The position numbers and the translations under genes were made by a program. From a virus (lineage: Duplodnaviria > Caudoviricetes), in IMG/VR virus record IMGVR_UViG_3300048576_000612, positions 1 to 41,636 of that record: DNA of 41,636 nucleotides; one strand, written 5' to 3'. Positions 7,077 to 16,442 of this stretch are shown here, piece by piece (positions within the stretch are counted from its first letter, which is position 1; the number at the start of each line of letters is the position of its first letter). The notes below the pieces were generated by a model. It saw nothing but the letters and a program-made list of their open reading frames with translations, was not told the origin of the DNA and made no database searches.

Positions 7077-8717
7077 TTAAGTATTTATATATCCGTTTTC
7101 GTTTCCGAGTGTGTTAGCTGCGGGAGAATAAGGAGTGGTTGTACTGCTTATAGTAGTCCCTACGGCTTGAATATATCCCAATTCGGATGCTAACGCCCCT
7201 GTTGAACTATTCGATACGGTTCCTGTTGGAAAGATCAAAGTGCCGTTGTTGGTACAGTACAGGGACGCTATATTATTATGCGAAGCTATCCCGCCAACGT
7301 CGGCGGCTATTATACCGCCATGAATCGCGGCATAACCGTATTCGCCATATCTGCTCGTCAAAGCTCCCGACCCAATATAGGTTGGGGAAATACTCCCACC
7401 GTCACGCGCTATGAACCCGTAATAGCAATTCACAGCTATCGCGTTGCTGCAGCGGATCGAACCGGTTTTAGCCCAAAAACCGGCATCTCCTGCGCCGTAG
7501 CAGCCTTGAGCGATAGCATAATTGCAGGTTATAGACCCCCCGGCATTGGCGTAATATCCCACTTGACAAAATGATGCCGCACAATAATCAGCGGTAATAG
7601 ACCCGCCGCCATACGCCTCGAAACCGAAATCGAGCGTTCTGACTCCTACATTGTGCCCGCAATTTATGTGCGACCCATCGGTTGCATATATGCCGCTTCT
7701 TCCATTGCCATCGATTCCGATCTTATCGATTAGTCCGATAGTAGACCCGTTAACAGCCGAAAATAGTTTGGCACTGGTCGGATCGGTTACAGGATTAAAA
7801 ATAATTCTAGTCTTGAGAATAGTCATTGAAGCGGTTACAGCCCCACTAGCCGGATGAGTAGTCGCTCCATTGGCTATAACCGATATTCGATTGTTTGGAA
7901 CGTCAACAGTTTCAACTCTATGAAAGCCTAAAATAGCCTGTGGATATGACCCGCCCGATGCGTCTCGTACTATGCAAAAGTCGCCTACTTCCACCTGGCT
8001 CACATCATTCAATTGCAAGGTGTAAGTTTCGCCGGTGCGGGACACGACGCTAGACATTACTTTACTGTAGGTATTTTTCCCTTTAATCTGGATTCGTGCG
8101 CCGTTAGGATGGTCTACAACAATCCTGTCATCAGTCACGGTATAGGTCCCGTCATCCAATTCAATTGTTACCGTGACGTTTCCAGGTATCCATGTATCTT
8201 GAAGGTAATCCACGGCGTGCTTCACGGTAGCCCAGGGAGCCAATTCCGAACCGTCTCCGGTTTCGTCTGATCCCGTGGTTGCGACGTGGAGGGTCGTATC
8301 CAATTCGATGGTCTCAATTTGGGCGGTCTCTATCAGCGATTGGTAGCAGCTCCCGTTATAGACCACCGCCACGATCTGACCAGTCCTGAGGGCGCCCTCC
8401 GACAAATCCATCCCGCTACGGGATTTAATTGGGAGCGGGTCCATGCCGTTAATGCTCAAGGTGCTGGCTCCGGTGTTGGTGTGCGACGCCTTGAACAGGA
8501 TAGGCAGTCCCTCGACGTTAGCGCCGAGCGCAGGCGACAGGGCAATGGCGTAGGCGTTCGCAGCCCCTGTATCCTCCGCGTAGTCGATGGGGGCGGAGCC
8601 GTCCGCATCGAGCCCCGAATGCCTGTGGTTTTGAATAGCATTGAGCCATGCGGCAAGCACCCTGGTTCCCAAAATTCCCTGCGACGGATCGCCGTCTACA
8701 AAAACGGTCTTTGCCAT
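7077..8717 (-). CDS. Tail fibre / tailspike
   Basis: Follows gp48; NTGASTLSINGM, VATTGSDETGDGS..PWAT, GG/GS beta-helix repeats. Confidence 0.8.
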   Translation of the reverse strand: MAKTVFVDGDPSQGILGTRVLAAWLNAIQNHRHSGLDADGSAPIDYAEDTGAANAYAIALSPALGANVEGLPILFKASHTNTGASTLSINGMDPLPIKSRSGMDLSEGALRTGQIVAVVYNGSCYQSLIETAQIETIELDTTLHVATTGSDETGDGSELAPWATVKHAVDYLQDTWIPGNVTVTIELDDGTYTVTDDRIVVDHPNGARIQIKGKNTYSKVMSSVVSRTGETYTLQLNDVSQVEVGDFCIVRDASGGSYPQAILGFHRVETVDVPNNRISVIANGATTHPASGAVTASMTILKTRIIFNPVTDPTSAKLFSAVNGSTIGLIDKIGIDGNGRSGIYATDGSHINCGHNVGVRTLDFGFEAYGGGSITADYCAASFCQVGYYANAGGSITCNYAIAQGCYGAGDAGFWAKTGSIRCSNAIAVNCYYGFIARDGGSISPTYIGSGALTSRYGEYGYAAIHGGIIAADVGGIASHNNIASLYCTNNGTLIFPTGTVSNSSTGALASELGYIQAVGTTISSTTTPYSPAANTLGNENGYINT

Positions 8718-8726
8718 TATTTCCCC

Positions 8727-9287
8727 TTATGTCTCCGGATTAACGAAATGGAGATAAACCTCTGCCGGCTTGATATCGTTCAGTTTGGTCTCTAATTCTT
8801 CTCCGCCTTCCACCCACCAGCAGAGCCGCTCCCCTGCGGCAGACGCTCCGGCGCGGAAGTAGTAGGCCGGAAAATCGAGCAGCGTTACCCGCCAGATGTA
8901 GATTGCGTCCGCAATGTAGATCTCATCCCCTGCCCGGTTCCACCCGGCCATAAAGGGCGTGTAGTCCTCTATGGTGATCGCGTAGCCGAGGTCGGCGGCC
9001 AGGGAAATCAGGTAGGGCCGCTTGATGTCTCCGAGGTCCCGGAGCTTGCGTACCACGCCGCTGATGCGCGATTGAAGCGGAGCATCATTCGATGGGGAGA
9101 GTCCGCATACGCGCTCCCATGCCTCCAGGAGCTCATAGGTCCGGTCGGCGAACATCTCCTCGAGGATATCCTCGGCGCGCGCCTCTGCGGCGTCGAGACT
9201 CCGGCCGTCCACCGCCAGGTCGTCTTCGAGCGCCCCTCCGAGCCCCAGGGGGAACAGCAGCCGCAGCACGTCCTTATTATTCGACAC
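8727..9287 (-). CDS. Baseplate protein, Mu gp48/YmfQ-like (DUF2313)
   Basis: LLEAWERVCGL, LGYAITIE, KPAE; synteny. Confidence 0.85.
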   Translation of the reverse strand: MSNNKDVLRLLFPLGLGGALEDDLAVDGRSLDAAEARAEDILEEMFADRTYELLEAWERVCGLSPSNDAPLQSRISGVVRKLRDLGDIKRPYLISLAADLGYAITIEDYTPFMAGWNRAGDEIYIADAIYIWRVTLLDFPAYYFRAGASAAGERLCWWVEGGEELETKLNDIKPAEVYLHFVNPET

Positions 9288-10059
9288 TTACCACCCCCGG
9301 CCGTATCAGTTGGTAATCGGTTGCCGCCACGTTGGCCGCGGGCTCCGTCAGGTCAACGTCCTCGGCCCCATTGGCGACGGCGATATTGATCAGCCGCGCG
9401 CGGTAGAGGTCCTGCCCCGGAGTGAGGGAGGCAACGTAGGCCGCGACGTCCGCCGCGATCCGCTCCGTGTTGGCTGCAGATCCCGTCACCGTCATGGCAA
9501 TGTCCTGCGTGATAGTGGCTGGTGCGAGCACGCGCACGTATTTGACGGCAGTCGGGCAGACATCCACAATATGGTCGCGCACTGTCGTCAGCAGGTCGGC
9601 GTCGGGGATCTCCGATCCGGTCGTCTCGGCGTCGGAGAGGATCACGACGTCCACCGTCCCGAGGCCCTGCCCCATCGGGATGGAATAGGCCGAAGCGACG
9701 TTGTCGATCTCCAGCGCCCATTTCACGTAGTCGTACTTGTTGCCGCCTGCCGGAGGACGTCGGATATACTCCAGCAGCCTGGCGGCGAGCTCCCTGTCGG
9801 ATTCGCCGGTCACCCTGCTTAGTCCGCGCACCCAGGCGTGGCGCTCCAGATACTCCGTGTCCGCGCTGTCAGGGAATATCTGCTTGGAGATCCAATCCTG
9901 ATAGCGGTAGAGCCCCCAGAGCGCCGATGCGTAGCCGGCCGCCTTCATGTAGGCGAGGCTCCCGACCGCAACATCCACATCCGGGAAGATGTTTCGAAAG
10001 TCGGTCAGGATATCGTCCAGGATCTCATCGAAAGATTTCTGGAAGGGACTAGCCGCCAC
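9277..10059 (-). CDS. Baseplate wedge J / Mu gp47-like (short form)
   Basis: QIFPDSAD..LERHA, ESD.EL, PPAGGNKYDY..WA, GTVDV. Confidence 0.88.
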   Translation of the reverse strand: MAASPFQKSFDEILDDILTDFRNIFPDVDVAVGSLAYMKAAGYASALWGLYRYQDWISKQIFPDSADTEYLERHAWVRGLSRVTGESDRELAARLLEYIRRPPAGGNKYDYVKWALEIDNVASAYSIPMGQGLGTVDVVILSDAETTGSEIPDADLLTTVRDHIVDVCPTAVKYVRVLAPATITQDIAMTVTGSAANTERIAADVAAYVASLTPGQDLYRARLINIAVANGAEDVDLTEPAANVAATDYQLIRPGVVSVE

Positions 10060-10430
10060 TATACGACCTCCTTAAAGAGCGTGAAAGACACCTTCTGTCC
10101 GGATGCTTCCGTTACTTCCACCAATATCTTCAACCTGCAGGGGTCTTGCGTCTTGTCTATTTCGGTCGCGATCTCCATATCCGTTGCTCTCCCGATATCT
10201 TTGAGCCATTGCAAGGCTTCGCGGCAGTAGGCTCTAGCCAGGGCCGCCGTCTTTTCCGTATTCTTGGAGCGCTTCAAAAGATGCAGCCTGGAGCCGAAGT
10301 CCGGATTCTGGAAAAACGAACCGCGCTCCACCATTAGGCTGAGATAGACGTTGTTCATGATGGTTGCGGTCTTTACAAACGTCATCTTGCCTTCAGACCC
10401 GCTTATTTCAATCGCGAAATCAACAGCCAT
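10059..10430 (-). CDS. Baseplate protein, Mu gp46-like
   Basis: GSRLHLLKRSK, AYCREALQWL. Confidence 0.85.
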   Translation of the reverse strand: MAVDFAIEISGSEGKMTFVKTATIMNNVYLSLMVERGSFFQNPDFGSRLHLLKRSKNTEKTAALARAYCREALQWLKDIGRATDMEIATEIDKTQDPCRLKILVEVTEASGQKVSFTLFKEVV

Positions 10431-10439
10431 AGCCGCCCT

Positions 10440-10919
10440 TTAATGGGTATGATGGTTCGTGTTGCCGCCGCCGTCGATGATGGAGCCGGTTGCATCCACG
10501 CCGCCCTCGACATGGATATTGCCTTCCACCGAGATATTTGCCTTGATGCTGACATCGCAGGGATCATCGTCAGGACCGATAATTTCAAGCCTTGGAGTCT
10601 CAATACGCACCTTTTCCCCGCCCTTTACATGGATCTCTCTATTCCGCCTGAAGTGGATATAATCCCCTTCATCGGTGTAGAGGGCTACCTCCCCGGCTTC
10701 TAGGAAAATCCGATAGCGCCGGTCATCCGTTGCAATGGCAACGATGTGATTACCTTCATTCAGGATGATGACTTCTGAGCCCGAGAGCGGCCGGCTTGTG
10801 AATCCGTAGTGCTGAAAGAGCTCGCGATTCGTAAAGCTTTCCCCAGAGCGGCCGCTTGCCGAAAATCGCTGGATCACTCCCTGCGTCACGCTCTCTATGA
10901 TGCCTCGGATTACTCCCAC
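10440..10919 (-). CDS. Baseplate spike, Mu gp45-like
   Basis: QHYGFTSRP, DDRRYR, GEVALY, terminal HHTH metal-binding tip. Confidence 0.9.
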   Translation of the reverse strand: MGVIRGIIESVTQGVIQRFSASGRSGESFTNRELFQHYGFTSRPLSGSEVIILNEGNHIVAIATDDRRYRIFLEAGEVALYTDEGDYIHFRRNREIHVKGGEKVRIETPRLEIIGPDDDPCDVSIKANISVEGNIHVEGGVDATGSIIDGGGNTNHHTH

Positions 10920-10929
10920 TCTATCCTCC

Positions 10930-12021
10930 TTAAGCCACTATGCCGGGCTTCCCGAGCGTCAGGTCCGTGTAGACGCCGCCCTTGTCCATCTCGAATGTAC
11001 GGCCGTAAATAAGGTAGACGGCGTCTTCGCCCAACACCTCGTCTTGCACCTGGCACAGCTCGTTGATGTTCCAGATGTCGCCATTTTGACTGTGCCCGGG
11101 CACGCGGTACTTGAGCTGGAAGCCCTCATGCTTCTGCTTCTCCATGACCATCCTGGCATGCTGGGCCGGGCTCTGCGCGTCGTTGTTATTCGTGGTCACG
11201 TACGGCTTGTAGAAGGGAAAATCCGGGTCCTCCCGGACTGCCTTGGTCCTGACCTTGGTCGCGTCATCGCCGTCTTCGTCCAGGCCCTGCGCCTGCCCGA
11301 TGACCGTCACCTTGGAATAGCGCTGGGAGAGGTCCACCAGGCGCTCTCCGGAGAGCACGTTGTTGTTGACCGGATCTCGCTTCCTGCAGGTGAGATGATA
11401 GCGCGGCTCTCCGCTCGCCTTTGGCCTGCCGAACACAAACGTCCCGTCCGGCATGGCGAAGAACATGAGCCCCCGCGACAGGCTGTAGGTCCGGAGTACT
11501 TCAAAGATCGTCATGCCCGGTTCAATCTGGCTGAGCTTCTGCGGCGTGTCGATGAGCTCGATGAAGCTGTCCTCCGTGTCTTCTTCTATCACCTTCTTTG
11601 TCGTTTTCTTCTGCTTCAGCGATCCCACCACATCTTCCTGGTAGGCGACAGCCTGGCGGTTTATGTAGGGCACGTTCTTGAGGAGCATTTCGGCCAGCTC
11701 GGAGAGTTTTTTCCCCTCAACCGTGGTGAACTGCTCCACATAGGAATCCACCAGGAGCCCCATGAGATCGCGCCCCTCGACGCTGAGTCTGACGCCTCGC
11801 TTGTCATAGCTCTTCTGCACCTTATCCACGAGCCCGGTCAGGTGCAGCTCGTCATTCACATAGAGCTGACATTGCTGCCCGGCGATGATCTCCGCCTCCG
11901 GCTGCGCCAACTCCAGCGACCAGGCGTCGTCTGCGGTATAGATGTCCGCCTCGATCTTGTACGAGAGGAAGTTCTCGATCTTTTGTCCGTTCACAATGAG
12001 CGTCACCCAATCAGCGCGCAT
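10930..12021 (-). CDS. Baseplate hub, Mu gpP/gp44-like (start reassigned to MRADWV)
   Basis: GRDLMGLLVD, RYSKVTVIGQ, WNIN; overlap with the N gene stop. Confidence 0.85.
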   Translation of the reverse strand: MRADWVTLIVNGQKIENFLSYKIEADIYTADDAWSLELAQPEAEIIAGQQCQLYVNDELHLTGLVDKVQKSYDKRGVRLSVEGRDLMGLLVDSYVEQFTTVEGKKLSELAEMLLKNVPYINRQAVAYQEDVVGSLKQKKTTKKVIEEDTEDSFIELIDTPQKLSQIEPGMTIFEVLRTYSLSRGLMFFAMPDGTFVFGRPKASGEPRYHLTCRKRDPVNNNVLSGERLVDLSQRYSKVTVIGQAQGLDEDGDDATKVRTKAVREDPDFPFYKPYVTTNNNDAQSPAQHARMVMEKQKHEGFQLKYRVPGHSQNGDIWNINELCQVQDEVLGEDAVYLIYGRTFEMDKGGVYTDLTLGKPGIVA

Positions 12022-13408
12022 AGATGGCAACCTCCCCCCGCACCCGGTTGGGATTCCGGACCTGGTTGACGGCATGGATGCGATCGGCCGTATTGTAGGG
12101 GAGGCCGTATTTGAGACACACCAGGTGCAGCGGGATCGCGCCATCGAGCTCCACCGTGACGAGCTTCTCCCGCTCCAGCTTCACGGTGTTGACGTGCTGC
12201 AACAGCTTGAGCGCCGCGCTCTTGAGCCCGGATAGGGCGCTTGAGAGATCGATCTCAGAGTAGGAGCCCTTGCTTGGCGTCACATCGTTTGAGCGCGCAA
12301 AGTCGATTGCGTCCTGGACCGCCTCGCGGGCCGTCTGGAGGGTCTGCTCCAGGTCATTAACCGTCATGAGGGATACGGATTCCTGAGGGGTGTAGCTCCC
12401 TTGCCAGTCCCACGCGCTCACGCGCTCCTTGCGTTTCTGCGCCTTCCACGCCGCGTCGTCCGCCTGGTAGATTGCGGCCAGTTCCAGACAAAGATAGGCT
12501 GCAGCCACCATTTTGGTTATCTTCGGCAGCACAACGGTTGCAGCCCGTATCTGTTCGGAGGAAGAAGCGCCGCTCACCAGGCCGGAGTAATCGGAGAGCG
12601 CCTCCAGGCTTGTAGCGAGCGTTTCGATATATTGGACAGGGGACGATTCCTTGAGCGTCCCGGAGTTTAGAGCCGTCCGCTCGCAGGCTTTTGCCGTCGT
12701 CAGGGCCGTGATCCCGCAAAGATCGTCTCCGAAGCTTGTGACGCCGATAATGGAGGTTGATAGGTTGTCGATGCTTGCAAACTGCGCCGCAAGGCTGTTG
12801 ATCCCTCCAACGAGGGTGGACACGAATCCTCGGGCCGTCATGCCGATCCCGGTGATCTGACCGATAATTTCGATGGTCTGGTCTATCGCGGCTGTAATGA
12901 CGCCGAGGCCGTCCACGCCCAGGATCGACCGGATTTCCGCCTGGATGGAGCTAATAGCGTCGGAGACGGCATCGAGGAAAGACCTTTCGACTCCGGCCTG
13001 CACGTCCGTATAGGGGGCGCTTTTTACCTGGAGCTCTCCGCGCATATTCTCGACAAAGGAGATGTCTACTTCGGCAGTGCGTATCCTGTCGTCATGGCGG
13101 ACGGACACCGATTCGACGCAGCCCTGCATTGGGCCGTACTGCGGATGGACCAGTTCGAACAGCTCCTTCGTCTCCAGATGCTTTAAAAATTCCGCGTGCT
13201 GCTCATAGGTCTGGTGGCCTTCCGCGTCCCAGAAATAGCACCGAATGCGCACCTCTCTGGCGGTCTGCCCCATGTCCTCCAGGAGGGCGCCGTCCTTGTA
13301 GGGGAATTCATAGCGCGCGATAGCCTTGGAGAACGTATCGTCAATAGTCTCGATCTCCAGCTCAAAGCCGTCGAGCCACGCAGCATAGATGTCGGATGTG
13401 GCCGCCAT
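12011..13408 (-). CDS. DNA circularization protein N-like (gp43)
   Basis: YEFPYKDGALLEDMG, ELVHPQYG, C-terminal LysM-like NQVRNPN. Confidence 0.88.
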   Translation of the reverse strand: MAATSDIYAAWLDGFELEIETIDDTFSKAIARYEFPYKDGALLEDMGQTAREVRIRCYFWDAEGHQTYEQHAEFLKHLETKELFELVHPQYGPMQGCVESVSVRHDDRIRTAEVDISFVENMRGELQVKSAPYTDVQAGVERSFLDAVSDAISSIQAEIRSILGVDGLGVITAAIDQTIEIIGQITGIGMTARGFVSTLVGGINSLAAQFASIDNLSTSIIGVTSFGDDLCGITALTTAKACERTALNSGTLKESSPVQYIETLATSLEALSDYSGLVSGASSSEQIRAATVVLPKITKMVAAAYLCLELAAIYQADDAAWKAQKRKERVSAWDWQGSYTPQESVSLMTVNDLEQTLQTAREAVQDAIDFARSNDVTPSKGSYSEIDLSSALSGLKSAALKLLQHVNTVKLEREKLVTVELDGAIPLHLVCLKYGLPYNTADRIHAVNQVRNPNRVRGEVAIYAR

Positions 13409-15591
13409 TAGAATTCACCCCGCTTGACGTTCACCGTCGCCTTGGTGTTGAGATCGCCGGTCTCGGTCGTGACGCGCCCGCTCTGATCGACGCGGATGTT
13501 GAGGGTCACGTTGTTTTCAACCTTGTGCTCGATGTCGGCGATCCGCTGGGCAAGCTCGTTATCGCCGCGAATGATGTCGGCGGCAAACCGTGCGATTGTC
13601 CCGGCAAATGCCTGCACGGCCTGGTCGTCTCCGCTATCGCCCCCCGTCATGAGGTCGCGCTGGAGCGGCGCCTTGATGCGATCCGCCATTTCCCCTGCCG
13701 CCTGGAGCTTGCCGAGAAAGTCCCGCATGGCGCCCGTAGCCCCATCGTCGAAGACGGATTCCTGGGGTCTGTAGCCTCGGAGCGCCTGCACGGCATGGTT
13801 GCCTCCGCTATCGCCGGTCATGAGGTCGCTCCGGAGGAAACCGCCAATCCTGGAGGCCATTGCCTCGGTAGCAATCTTTGCAAGCTTCTGGTCCAGGCGG
13901 GCATTAAGCTTCTCGTCTATCAGCTTTACCTGGTAGGATTCAGGGCCTCCGCCCATCACCATCTGCTGGGAGCGCATTTTCTCCAGGGAGTCGGTGGAGA
14001 AGGCGCTCGCCTGGCTCCTTGAGAGCGCCTGAGCCCCCAGATTGGAGAGTGCCGCGACCGTTGCAATGCCCGCCGCCCCAGCAGCTACAGTCCCTAAAAA
14101 GGGGGAAGCTCCCGTTCCGGCAGCCGCCCCGGCTCCGGCGCCTCCGACAGGCCCGCCGAGCTTTTTTCCTAAATCCTTGAGATTCTCGATAGTTCCCTTA
14201 TCCGGGACCTTTACCTGCCCCATTTCGCCGGGCCAGTTGGTGACAAACACTGGCGTAACTCCCGCCATTTTCTCCCAGGCCATTCCCTCCATAACGCCGG
14301 TTACCGTTCCTCCCTTTTCTTTGAGAAGCTTCCCGGCCAGTCCCCCCAGGACATTGGCGCCAAGGCGGGCGGCGAGCGTTCCGCCTATCGCCGCAGCGCC
14401 CCCACCCAAGAGGAGGTCCTCTCCCGTCAGCCCAAGTCCGCCCTGTTCCTTCGGATTCAACCCCTTCTGGATAAGATCCGCCAGCGCCTTGTTAACCGGC
14501 TGCGCAAACTTGTCCGCAGCCTCCATGAGGGTGTTTTTAAGCCGTCCGGCTTGGTCCTCGGCGTTGTCAAGGGCGCTGGGCAAATCTTTTTTTATGGAGC
14601 CGCCAGCCGCTTCTATCTGCCTGGTGAACTCTCTGATTTTGGAGAGGTCATCACCCTCCAAAAGCTTCATGATTCCCTTGCGGGTATCCTGATCCGTCTC
14701 CCCGAAAGCCTTATGAACAAAATTCATCTTCTGGGCATCGGTCTGGAGCTTATCGTAGCGTTTTTTCATATCGTCAAGGACCGCCACCATGTCACGCCGC
14801 TCGCCCTTGGCATCGAAGAACTTGACTCCTGTCGCCTTCTGTGCGTCCTTCATGTAGTTTAAGTTAGTGAAGAGGCGTAAAGTTGAATCGGCCAGCGTGG
14901 CAAGGCGCTCCGGCTGTCCCTCGACCAGAGACAGTGTTTCAACAAAAGCCAGGGATTGCTCAAATTTAAGCCCCGCCATCGAAGCATTGACGCCGATGCG
15001 GGAGAATATGTCTGATAGATTTTGCAGCTCGGCTTTGCCCTTCTTGCCTGCGACATACATTTTATCAAGCAGCTCAAGTGACTTTCCTGGCTGCGAAAGG
15101 TCGAATTCATAGGCCGTAGCCGCCACCGTGAGCCCATTAGCCAATACTTGGGCCTGCGCTCCGCTATCGGCCATTCCATAGTTGATGGCTTTGATGCTTT
15201 CCTTGGCCTCATCAAGGCTCTGCCCGGAGGCAATCAATGTACTGAAGCCATCTTTTAGAGACTCAATGTTTTGCCCCGTCTCCTTCCCCATCTGGAAGAA
15301 TTCAGAGCGCATGGCCTGCATTTTTGCCTTTCCCACTTCAGCAGTATTGCCTATCTGGGCCAGGGACTTATCGAGCTTGGCAGAATCTTTGAGGATCATC
15401 CCGGCGCCCAAGGACACGCCCAGCCCCGCAAGCTTCCCATGGAAAGATGACGCAGCCCTGCCTATTGCCGCCAGTTCATTTCTGGCCTTGGCGGAGAAGC
15501 CGTGTACTGCCCGTCCCGAATTGGACAACGCCCGCATCAAGCCGTCGCTTTTTCCGAGCAGCTCTAACCATACGCGCATCTTATCGGCCAT
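13408..15591 (-). CDS. Tail tape measure protein
   Basis: Long helical Ala/Gly-rich protein, GVTPVFVTNWP; synteny. Confidence 0.9.
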   Translation of the reverse strand: MADKMRVWLELLGKSDGLMRALSNSGRAVHGFSAKARNELAAIGRAASSFHGKLAGLGVSLGAGMILKDSAKLDKSLAQIGNTAEVGKAKMQAMRSEFFQMGKETGQNIESLKDGFSTLIASGQSLDEAKESIKAINYGMADSGAQAQVLANGLTVAATAYEFDLSQPGKSLELLDKMYVAGKKGKAELQNLSDIFSRIGVNASMAGLKFEQSLAFVETLSLVEGQPERLATLADSTLRLFTNLNYMKDAQKATGVKFFDAKGERRDMVAVLDDMKKRYDKLQTDAQKMNFVHKAFGETDQDTRKGIMKLLEGDDLSKIREFTRQIEAAGGSIKKDLPSALDNAEDQAGRLKNTLMEAADKFAQPVNKALADLIQKGLNPKEQGGLGLTGEDLLLGGGAAAIGGTLAARLGANVLGGLAGKLLKEKGGTVTGVMEGMAWEKMAGVTPVFVTNWPGEMGQVKVPDKGTIENLKDLGKKLGGPVGGAGAGAAAGTGASPFLGTVAAGAAGIATVAALSNLGAQALSRSQASAFSTDSLEKMRSQQMVMGGGPESYQVKLIDEKLNARLDQKLAKIATEAMASRIGGFLRSDLMTGDSGGNHAVQALRGYRPQESVFDDGATGAMRDFLGKLQAAGEMADRIKAPLQRDLMTGGDSGDDQAVQAFAGTIARFAADIIRGDNELAQRIADIEHKVENNVTLNIRVDQSGRVTTETGDLNTKATVNVKRGEF

Positions 15592-15595
15592 TTGA

Positions 15596-15760
15596 TCAGT
15601 CCCTCTTTACCAGATACTTTTTACCAGGGCGCTTGCCGTAGACAGCATCCAGGTAGGCGAACGCTTCCGACCAAGGCATGGCAAGCGCCTCCGTATAGCT
15701 AAACCCCAGTTTCAGCAGCGCTAGGAGCATCTGTCGCGGAGCCCGCTTCTGCTCCTCGAA
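15596..15760 (-). CDS. Frameshift extension of the tail chaperone (G-T type): FEEQKRAPRQMLLALLKLGFSYTEALAMPWSEAFAYLDAVYGKRPGKKYLVKRD
   Basis: +1 frame is open from TTT/TTC to a TGA 4 nt before the tape measure ATG. Confidence 0.65.
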   Translation of the reverse strand, partial: FEEQKRAPRQMLLALLKLGFSYTEALAMPWSEAFAYLDAVYGKRPGKKYLVKRD

Positions 15761-16058
15761 ACGATTTTAGCCGGGCTTCCACCCGATCCTTCGCCTCCTG
15801 AACCGCCACGCCGTCATCTTCGTACATGTCAAGGACCAGTTCCGCAGTGATGGCTTCCTTGGGGATATCTCCGATTCTTATGATTTGCTTGGCTAAGATG
15901 CAGGCGCCAAGATGGGCGCTGTTCTTTGATCCTAATTCACTCTGCTCCGCCGAGATCTCAATGGAATCCCGAACCAGTCGCGGCCTTACCTCGAATTCCC
16001 GGTGCACCTTGCCTTCATATTCCACCCCGATGGGCAGCGTTCCTGTCTCCGTGATCAT
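15699..16058 (-). CDS. Tail assembly chaperone (Mu gp41-like)
   Basis: LPIGVEYEGKVHREFEVR; lies between tube and tape measure. Confidence 0.8.
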   Translation of the reverse strand: MITETGTLPIGVEYEGKVHREFEVRPRLVRDSIEISAEQSELGSKNSAHLGACILAKQIIRIGDIPKEAITAELVLDMYEDDGVAVQEAKDRVEARLKSFRGAEAGSATDAPSAAETGV

Positions 16059-16418
16059 CTATTCCTCCAGTCTGTCTTCGCAGCTAAACTCGATGGGTCT
16101 TATAGATTCCTTTTCACCGTCAAACTTCGTTGCGCCCTGTTTGGCGAAGTAGACGCCGGTATATGTTGTCCGCGCGCCGTTCATGTGGTCGATGGTGAGG
16201 GTCCCGGCCGCCACCGTCTTGAAGTCAAATTCGCGGGTTTCCTTGGGGATCACGTAGTCCACCGAGACCCCGTAGCGGGGGGTAACGCCGATGTGCCCTG
16301 TCTTGTTCATGAGGTTCACGGCCTTATACCCCTCGAACTCCTTTTCCTCAACAGACGCAAAATCGGTTATCTCCTGGCCGTTCACCTCCAGGAGCACTCG
16401 CGATACGTACTCGGACAT
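16059..16418 (-). CDS. Tail tube protein
   Basis: 119 aa directly after the sheath. Confidence 0.8.
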   Translation of the reverse strand: MSEYVSRVLLEVNGQEITDFASVEEKEFEGYKAVNLMNKTGHIGVTPRYGVSVDYVIPKETREFDFKTVAAGTLTIDHMNGARTTYTGVYFAKQGATKFDGEKESIRPIEFSCEDRLEE

Positions 16419-16442
16419 ACCCTATTCCTCCTTCCCTTAGCT

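Noticed and set aside
4195-8717. Diversity-generating retroelement or invertible tail fibre segment
   Set aside because: No reverse transcriptase, invertase, TR/VR pair or flanking inverted repeats seen
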